Positions 7,335 through 13,350 of a stretch of 37,533 bases of DNA are shown here, one piece after another. The translations under genes and the position numbers were made by a program. Below the pieces are notes generated by a model. That model ran no database searches. It saw only the letters and a list, made by a program, of their open reading frames with translations, and was not told where the DNA came from. The stretch lies in sequence record SRR20825006_248; one strand, 5' to 3'. Position 1 is the first letter of the stretch; each line of letters opens with the position of its first letter.

Positions 7335-9283
7335 GGTTTCGCCCCCCTGCACCATTTCAGCCATTGTCCGGCGGACCGCAGCGGCCCCAGATTTTTCACG
7401 CCATGCGCGCCCTCGGTCACCAGATGGTCGGTGCTGCGCAGCGCCGAATATTGCAGGCCCAGAAAGCTGTCGACCGCCAGGTAAGGCCCGCCCGAAGTCA
7501 CGGTCCCCGAGGCATAGACGCGGCCGCGCTGGTTGCGCAGCCCCTCGATCTCGAAATCCGGTGTGACGTCCAGCCCGGTGGGCCCGCGTTTTTCAAACCC
7601 GTCGCCTTTGCGCGCATAGGCGTGGTTGCGCGGAAGCGCGTAGGTTTCGATCAGGTCGTTCAGCAGGCTGGAGCGGGTGATGTCACTGATCAGGCCGGTA
7701 CAATCCACCAGATAGTCGGCGATCAGCTCGGCGCGGTGGCCGCCCTCGCCCTCGACGCGGATCATGACTTTGTCGGGGCTGTCATCATGCGGAAGGATCT
7801 CGCGGATCGAGCCGTAGACGGGCTTGTACCACCCCTCTTCCGTGCCGCGTTCGATGATGCCGATCCAGTCGCTGCGCTCGGCTGTGGTGGTGCCGCCCAA
7901 TGTGGTCAGCATGGCGCCACGTTTGGCCGCATCGGCGCGTTCGTATTCGAACCGCAGATCGCCGCCCCAGCAGGACTTCGGCCAGTTGAACGGCTGGATT
8001 TCAATGTTGGTGCGCACCTGTCTGCGCGCCCGCCCAAAACGCGCGCCGCTGGTCGGGTCCAGTTTCGAGCGCATCGAATGCAGGATGGTGATCTGAGGGT
8101 TGCGTTTGCGCGCCTCGTGCAGGCGCTGGATGATGCGGCTGGCGACAATGCCGCGTCCGCGCACGACGACATAGACAGGCCCGTTTGCGGCCTCGGCGGC
8201 ATCATAGATCTGGTCGTGCGGCGCATAGGCGTTGTGGACCATGTGGCGGTGATCGGGATAATTCACGATAAAGGTCTGGAAATCATCGACAAATCGCGTG
8301 GCCGGATAGCCCGTGGCCAGATGCAGCACATCGGCGATGATAATGCGGCGGCGGTCGGCCTCGGCCACGGCCACGGACGGGTCGCGCATGGTATAGGCCA
8401 CGGCATAGCGCCCGTCGTTCAGCTTGCGGATACAGCGCGCCTGTCCCTGACGCTGCATCGCGGGCCAGTCGATGCGACGTTCCTCGCGGTCCAGGCTGTC
8501 GAAAACATCGCCCGCGCGTGGCGTATAGCTTTCGGCCAGTGTCGGTTCGCCAAAGACCTGGAACACCCGTTTGAACCCGCCCAGACGCCCGCGCAGCAGC
8601 CCGCCAAAGGCCTCGCGGCTGGCGTATCCGGGAAAGCCCCAGATGTTGTCGGGCGTGGACAGGGAATTGGACCGCAGCCGCTCGTGATCGGGGATCTGGC
8701 TGTCGCGGCAATAGCGTTTGTAGGTGGCGTAGCTGATCTTTTCCGTGCCGATCACGGCGATGTCGGACGCAGGCACGCCGTAACAGCGCAGATGATCGAC
8801 AAAGGTGAACGACCCCAGCCCGCCGCCAACGGCACAGAACTTGCGTTCCTCGACCGGATAGCCGTGACTGTGCAAGGTGCCGACATCGACCAGCGTGTCA
8901 TCACCAAAGACATCATGGGGAAATCCCTGGGGCGACACAGTGGCCTCGGTCTGGGTCACGCCGAAGCTCAGCGATGTGACCTCAAGGCGCCAGCCGGGAA
9001 TGTCGATCACATCGCCCTGCCCCAGTTCGGCCAGCCCCACGCGCATGTTGTTGACCTGCGTGCCGTTGGTGCTGTTCTGGTCGGTCAGCATCACGCGGCT
9101 GTCAGAGACTGTCAGGTCAAAATGATGGCGCGAGATCAGTTCGCCCTCAAGCACGATGTCACGCTTGGTCGACGAGCCGAAGGAGATGGTGCCGGTCTCG
9201 TCAATCTCCAGCGGTGCGCCCGGCCCTCTGGGCTGGCCTGCGGGGTCCAGCTCGATCACGTTGAATGTCAGCAAAACGGTCAT
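7331..9283 (-). CDS. FHA domain fused to a FAD/NAD(P)-dependent oxidoreductase (flavoprotein monooxygenase-like)
   Basis: N-terminal FHA (ISRHH...DQNSTNGT). Then dinucleotide motif CAVGGGLGS, DVLHLATGY, a second Rossmann motif VVVRGRGIVA and VDCTG. Start at ATG 9283 after an AGGA RBS. Confidence 0.75.
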   Translation of the reverse strand: MTVLLTFNVIELDPAGQPRGPGAPLEIDETGTISFGSSTKRDIVLEGELISRHHFDLTVSDSRVMLTDQNSTNGTQVNNMRVGLAELGQGDVIDIPGWRLEVTSLSFGVTQTEATVSPQGFPHDVFGDDTLVDVGTLHSHGYPVEERKFCAVGGGLGSFTFVDHLRCYGVPASDIAVIGTEKISYATYKRYCRDSQIPDHERLRSNSLSTPDNIWGFPGYASREAFGGLLRGRLGGFKRVFQVFGEPTLAESYTPRAGDVFDSLDREERRIDWPAMQRQGQARCIRKLNDGRYAVAYTMRDPSVAVAEADRRRIIIADVLHLATGYPATRFVDDFQTFIVNYPDHRHMVHNAYAPHDQIYDAAEAANGPVYVVVRGRGIVASRIIQRLHEARKRNPQITILHSMRSKLDPTSGARFGRARRQVRTNIEIQPFNWPKSCWGGDLRFEYERADAAKRGAMLTTLGGTTTAERSDWIGIIERGTEEGWYKPVYGSIREILPHDDSPDKVMIRVEGEGGHRAELIADYLVDCTGLISDITRSSLLNDLIETYALPRNHAYARKGDGFEKRGPTGLDVTPDFEIEGLRNQRGRVYASGTVTSGGPYLAVDSFLGLQYSALRSTDHLVTEGAHGVKNLGPLRSAGQWLKWCRGAKP

Positions 9284-9297
9284 GGGCGTCTCTGTTC

Positions 9298-10134
9298 CTA
9301 TCCGATGAACCGCGTGTGCGCATCGCCCAGACGGGTGCCGCAATAAACGCAGTTCTGGCCGGGTTTATAGTCGTTCAGCATCAGGCAAGTGTCGTTGACA
9401 CAGGCCAGCTGCCGGTCCGCGCCCGCCTTCATCAGGTGCAGGTGCCCGCCCTCAAAGGTCAGCAAAACTCCATGGGCCACCGGCTCGGGTTGGTTCTGGC
9501 CGATCTGGCGGCGGTTCAGTCGCGCGGCAAGGCCTGTGGTGGCGACCGCGTGCATATTCCCGCTGCGGTCGGGTGCGATGACCAGAGCACTGCGGCTGCC
9601 AAGGGCTGCGAGGATCCCGTTCAGATCGCCGTGGCGGTCATAACTGTATCCGCCCGCCAGCACCCCGCCCGCCACGACCAGCGGCGTGCGGTCCAGCGCC
9701 ACGCGGTGCAGCTTGCCTGCCAGCCGCACCTCGGCGTGCAGATTGCTGTTTGCGCGGGGCGCGCGCGGCGGCTGGCTTTGCACGCGGATGTCGAACCCCA
9801 CCGTGTCCAGCATCACCTGCAACTGCGCAGGAATGGCCATCGTATTGCCCTTGCCGATCAGCCGCGCGGTGTTCTGCTGGGACACGAAAACGCCATTGGT
9901 CGATTGGTCCGCGATCAACAGCGTGCCGTCGGCTTCGGCGCTCAGCGTCATGTGCTGGCGCGACACGTCAAAGCGGTTCTGTGCCAGCGGGTGCGCCACC
10001 CCTGCCCCGTCGATCAACGCCACGGCACCGCTGTCCCCGTCGCGGATCAGGCGCGCGGGCAAGGGCAAGCCCAGTTCGGACAGCACGGTACGTCCGGCCT
10101 CTTGGATGGTTATGGAGACGCTCCAGCCGCGCAT
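9298..10134 (-). CDS. FHA-domain protein with C-terminal 4-Cys zinc ribbon
   Basis: GAGGAG RBS before ATG 10134. VSRQH...DQSTNGVFV FHA motifs; C-terminal CVNDTC-x11-CVYCG. Confidence 0.72.
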   Translation of the reverse strand: MRGWSVSITIQEAGRTVLSELGLPLPARLIRDGDSGAVALIDGAGVAHPLAQNRFDVSRQHMTLSAEADGTLLIADQSTNGVFVSQQNTARLIGKGNTMAIPAQLQVMLDTVGFDIRVQSQPPRAPRANSNLHAEVRLAGKLHRVALDRTPLVVAGGVLAGGYSYDRHGDLNGILAALGSRSALVIAPDRSGNMHAVATTGLAARLNRRQIGQNQPEPVAHGVLLTFEGGHLHLMKAGADRQLACVNDTCLMLNDYKPGQNCVYCGTRLGDAHTRFIG

Positions 10135-10144
10135 GTCCCGCTCC

Positions 10145-11557
10145 TCAGTCGTTGGGATAGCCAAAGGTCAACGTGACCTCACCCAGTTGCAATGTATCGC
10201 CGGCCTTGACCTCTGCCGAAGTGACCCGCGTGCCGTTGACCAGCACACCATTGAGGGAATTCAGGTCCACGATTTGCATCGCACCGTCGCCGGTGACCGA
10301 AATTGTCGCATGGCGGCGTGACACGGACGGATCGTCCAGAACGATGTCGGCGTCCTCGGAACGGCCCAGCGTAGAGATGGACGAGGTCAGGTACAGCTCG
10401 TCACCGTTTGCGATGGTCAACACGCCGTAGACCTTGACCGGGTCGGGAGCTGGCACGGTGTCCGACATCGGTGTCGGGTCTGGCTGTGCCATCTCGGGCT
10501 GTGGCGATTTGCGACGACCGCGCAGGCCCAGCAGCAGGATCAGGAACAGCAACGCGCCGCCGGCAATCCACCCGGCCAGCGGGATGTTTTCGATCAGCGT
10601 CGCAGCGGGTTGCTGCTGTGGCTCCTCGGCGGCCTCTTCCTCGGCCGCATCCGGCCCGACCGGCGCGATCTGATAGCGCAGGGTGCGCCCGGTCGCAGTG
10701 GTCAGCACAAGCGTGCCCTCGCGGACAAAGCCCGCATCAAAGCTAACAACACCCACGCCTTCGCCCAGTTGCGCGATCCGGCTCAGGTCCTCGTTGTCGA
10801 AATTGGCGTTGCCGGGGGCCGTGCCGAAATACAGCCCGCCTGTTTCTTCGGCCATCCGTTCCAGCGTCTGGGTGTATTTCGTTTCGCTGGCGCGCAGCAC
10901 TGCGCCCAGCCCGTTGACCCGCACGCCCAACTTTCGCGCCCGCTCGGACACGTCGTTCAGGGTAAAGGCGGTGTCTTCTGCATTGCCGTCAGAGAACAAC
11001 ACGATGTCGCGCCGCCCGTCAGGCGCGGCTGGCAATATGTTGAGTATGTCCAGCGTCGCCTCGTAGAGGTTGGTGGTCTGCCCGTTGGCCTTGATGCCGG
11101 CGATGGCCTGTTGCAGCACGTCGCGGTCGGTTGTGGGCGTCTGCACTTCGGCAAAGTTTTCGTCAAAGGTGCCCAGACCAATCGGGGTTTGCGGCGGCAC
11201 CAGTTCGACCAGCGCCCAGGCGCTGTCGAGCGATTGGCGCAAGATCGCGGCGCGCGCGGGGTTCGAGGTGTCAAAAGCCAGGAAGAGCACGCGCGGCGTA
11301 TCCGCGTCGGGGGCTTGCAGTTCGGTCGGCTCGGCGGTGAAGCTGTGCTCAACTTCGGTGCCGTCGGACAGCGTCAGCTTGGTGTCGGTGATGTCCGTGC
11401 CACCGGGAAAGAAGACGGTGCAATCATGCCCCCCGTCCTCGGTCGCGCGGCAGTCCAGCGGCGGGGTTTGCGCCGTGCCCACCTGAGGCAACCACAGGGC
11501 CAAAGCGGTGAGCAGCGCCACCGCCTTTGGTGCGCGAAAAAAGATGTTATCTGCCAC
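10145..11557 (-). CDS. Exported vWA domain, TM helix and cytoplasmic FHA domain protein
   Basis: Signal peptide; vWA motifs LAFDTS, GQTTNLY, IVLFSDG, LERMAEETGG; TM IAGGALLFLILLLGL followed by RGRRK; canonical FHA LGR...SVSRRH...DLNSLNG. GTG start with GGAG RBS. Confidence 0.85.
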   Translation of the reverse strand: MADNIFFRAPKAVALLTALALWLPQVGTAQTPPLDCRATEDGGHDCTVFFPGGTDITDTKLTLSDGTEVEHSFTAEPTELQAPDADTPRVLFLAFDTSNPARAAILRQSLDSAWALVELVPPQTPIGLGTFDENFAEVQTPTTDRDVLQQAIAGIKANGQTTNLYEATLDILNILPAAPDGRRDIVLFSDGNAEDTAFTLNDVSERARKLGVRVNGLGAVLRASETKYTQTLERMAEETGGLYFGTAPGNANFDNEDLSRIAQLGEGVGVVSFDAGFVREGTLVLTTATGRTLRYQIAPVGPDAAEEEAAEEPQQQPAATLIENIPLAGWIAGGALLFLILLLGLRGRRKSPQPEMAQPDPTPMSDTVPAPDPVKVYGVLTIANGDELYLTSSISTLGRSEDADIVLDDPSVSRRHATISVTGDGAMQIVDLNSLNGVLVNGTRVTSAEVKAGDTLQLGEVTLTFGYPND

Positions 11558-12719
11558 TGCTCATGCTCCGGTTCTGGTCATAGCCAAGATGTTTATCCGT
11601 TTCGCGGGCGGCACTTGCGGACGCACGTTCCGATGTCACGGGGTATTCAGACATTTGCATCCGGCCCGGCGCGGGGCGGCTGAAAATAAAGAGATAGGCC
11701 AGCACCAGAACGACCAGTGCGGCCACGATAACGCCGGCGATCAAGGCCAGCGGCAGCTTGGACGAAGTGGCCTGCCCCGCAGGCGCTGCAGGCTGCGGGG
11801 CAGCTTGTTTGATCTGCTCCGGGTCCGGCTCGGGCATGAAGGTCTCGACGCTGCGCACGGCGGCGGCAGCGGCTTTGGGCCGTTCGCGGGTGATCTGCTG
11901 GGGCCGTCCGCGTGGTGGTGGCGGCATGTCGGTCTGGCGGGCCAGTTGCAGCACCAGAATGGCGATGTTGTCCTGATCGGGATCGTCCAGCGCCTCGAGC
12001 GCTTGCATCAGCGCGGTGCATATCTGCTGCGACGACGCATCTGCCTGTTCGGCCAGAACCTCGGCAATCATCGCATCGGACAGGAATTGCAGCCCGTCGC
12101 TGGCGGCAATCACCACGTCGCCCTGTTGCAGTTCGGTGGCCGTCTCGGGCGCGTTCTTCAGCTTGACCTTGCCCCCCATCAGCACCGAGGTCAGCGCATT
12201 GCGGTTGGGGTGGTTCAGCGCCGCCTCTGGATCAAGCTCGCCATCCTCGACCATCTTGGCGATGATCGGGGCCATGGAGTGATCCTCGTTGATCTGACGC
12301 AGCGCACCGTCGCGGTAGAGGTATAGCGGGCTGTCCCCCACAGAGACCCAATAAAGCCGGTTCTGGAACATGACGGTGGCCAGCAGCGTGGCCCCCATGC
12401 CCTCGCGGTCGGGGTTGTGTTCGACGTTGTCGGCGATGGTTTCATTGGCACGATCCGCCATGCCGCGCAGGCTTGCAGGCAGACCGTTTTCGGCCCCCGG
12501 CCCGTCGCGCAGACGGTTCTGCAGGTCGAACGCGACCTCATAGGCGACCAGCTGCGAGGCGACATCGCCCGCTGCCTGCCCGCCCATGCCATCGGCCAGA
12601 ACGGCAAAGCCCTGCGCCGCGCCACCGCCAAAGGCGGACAGCAGGCAGTCTTCCTGATAGTCCCGCCCGCCCTGTGACAGCGCAAAGGCCGTGTCGTAAT
12701 GAAACCGCGCCTTGCTCAT
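11547..12719 (-). CDS. PP2C/PPM-family Ser/Thr protein phosphatase with C-terminal TM anchor
   Basis: GGRDYQED, LADGMGG, GATL, VGDSPLY, DHS, ASDGL and DNIA motifs, then a Pro/Ala linker and a TM helix. ATGA overlap with the upstream FHA gene. Confidence 0.93.
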   Translation of the reverse strand: MSKARFHYDTAFALSQGGRDYQEDCLLSAFGGGAAQGFAVLADGMGGQAAGDVASQLVAYEVAFDLQNRLRDGPGAENGLPASLRGMADRANETIADNVEHNPDREGMGATLLATVMFQNRLYWVSVGDSPLYLYRDGALRQINEDHSMAPIIAKMVEDGELDPEAALNHPNRNALTSVLMGGKVKLKNAPETATELQQGDVVIAASDGLQFLSDAMIAEVLAEQADASSQQICTALMQALEALDDPDQDNIAILVLQLARQTDMPPPPRGRPQQITRERPKAAAAAVRSVETFMPEPDPEQIKQAAPQPAAPAGQATSSKLPLALIAGVIVAALVVLVLAYLFIFSRPAPGRMQMSEYPVTSERASASAARETDKHLGYDQNRSMSSGR

Positions 12720-13303
12720 GCGTCGGACCAGTCGAAATCCGGCCCGCAGAGCGCGCAGAACCGCATGGTCGTGGCCCCCAGACGAATGTTGTCGCCATTC
12801 GCCAGCGGCTCCGAATTCAGCACAGGCTTGCCGTTCAGGCGCACAAGGTTCTGCTTGCCGCCGTGGCTGACGTGGAAATTGCGTTCCTCGTCGTCGTAGA
12901 TCACATAGGCATGGGTGCCGCGCGAAATGCTCTCATCGCCGAAATCCACCTGCACGGCCTGATCGTCGCCGCGCCCGATCGCGTTCATGCCGTTGACCAG
13001 TTGCACGGCCTTGCCGCGACCAGGCCCCTTGTAGATGACCAGCCAGCCGACCACGGGCAGGCTGTCGTCGTCGGCGTCCATCATCGGGGCCGCTTCCGCG
13101 CGGCTGCCGCCATGGCCCAGGGGACGCGTTTTGGGCGGGCTCTTGCGCGCGGTGGCTTCCGGGTCGGGCGTCATCCGCATCTCTTCGGCTGGTGTGGTCG
13201 CCGCGCCGCGCCCTGCGTTGTCGCCGATGGGCCGTGTTTTCTTCGAGGCACTGCCTTCGGCATCAGGCAGGTCCGACGAGCGGTAGAACTGTTTATTTAC
13301 CAT
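12716..13303 (-). CDS. FHA-domain protein with disordered N-terminal tail
   Basis: AAGGA RBS; VVGWLV..KGPGRG, NAIGRG, ESISRGTH, VRLNG, GDNIRLG. Confidence 0.88.
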   Translation of the reverse strand: MVNKQFYRSSDLPDAEGSASKKTRPIGDNAGRGAATTPAEEMRMTPDPEATARKSPPKTRPLGHGGSRAEAAPMMDADDDSLPVVGWLVIYKGPGRGKAVQLVNGMNAIGRGDDQAVQVDFGDESISRGTHAYVIYDDEERNFHVSHGGKQNLVRLNGKPVLNSEPLANGDNIRLGATTMRFCALCGPDFDWSDA

Positions 13304-13350
13304 CTGTCTTTCCTTTTTAATTCGGTCCCAAGGAGGGGCTTGTGATCGCC

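Noticed and set aside
7364-9346. 660-aa ORF on + strand antisense to the FHA-flavoprotein (similar shadows at 13342-14661, 14668-15726, 20300-21694, 32529-33677, 34972-36039)
   Set aside because: No recognisable motifs or RBS. Codon-aligned antisense ORFs are expected opposite real genes in high-GC DNA.
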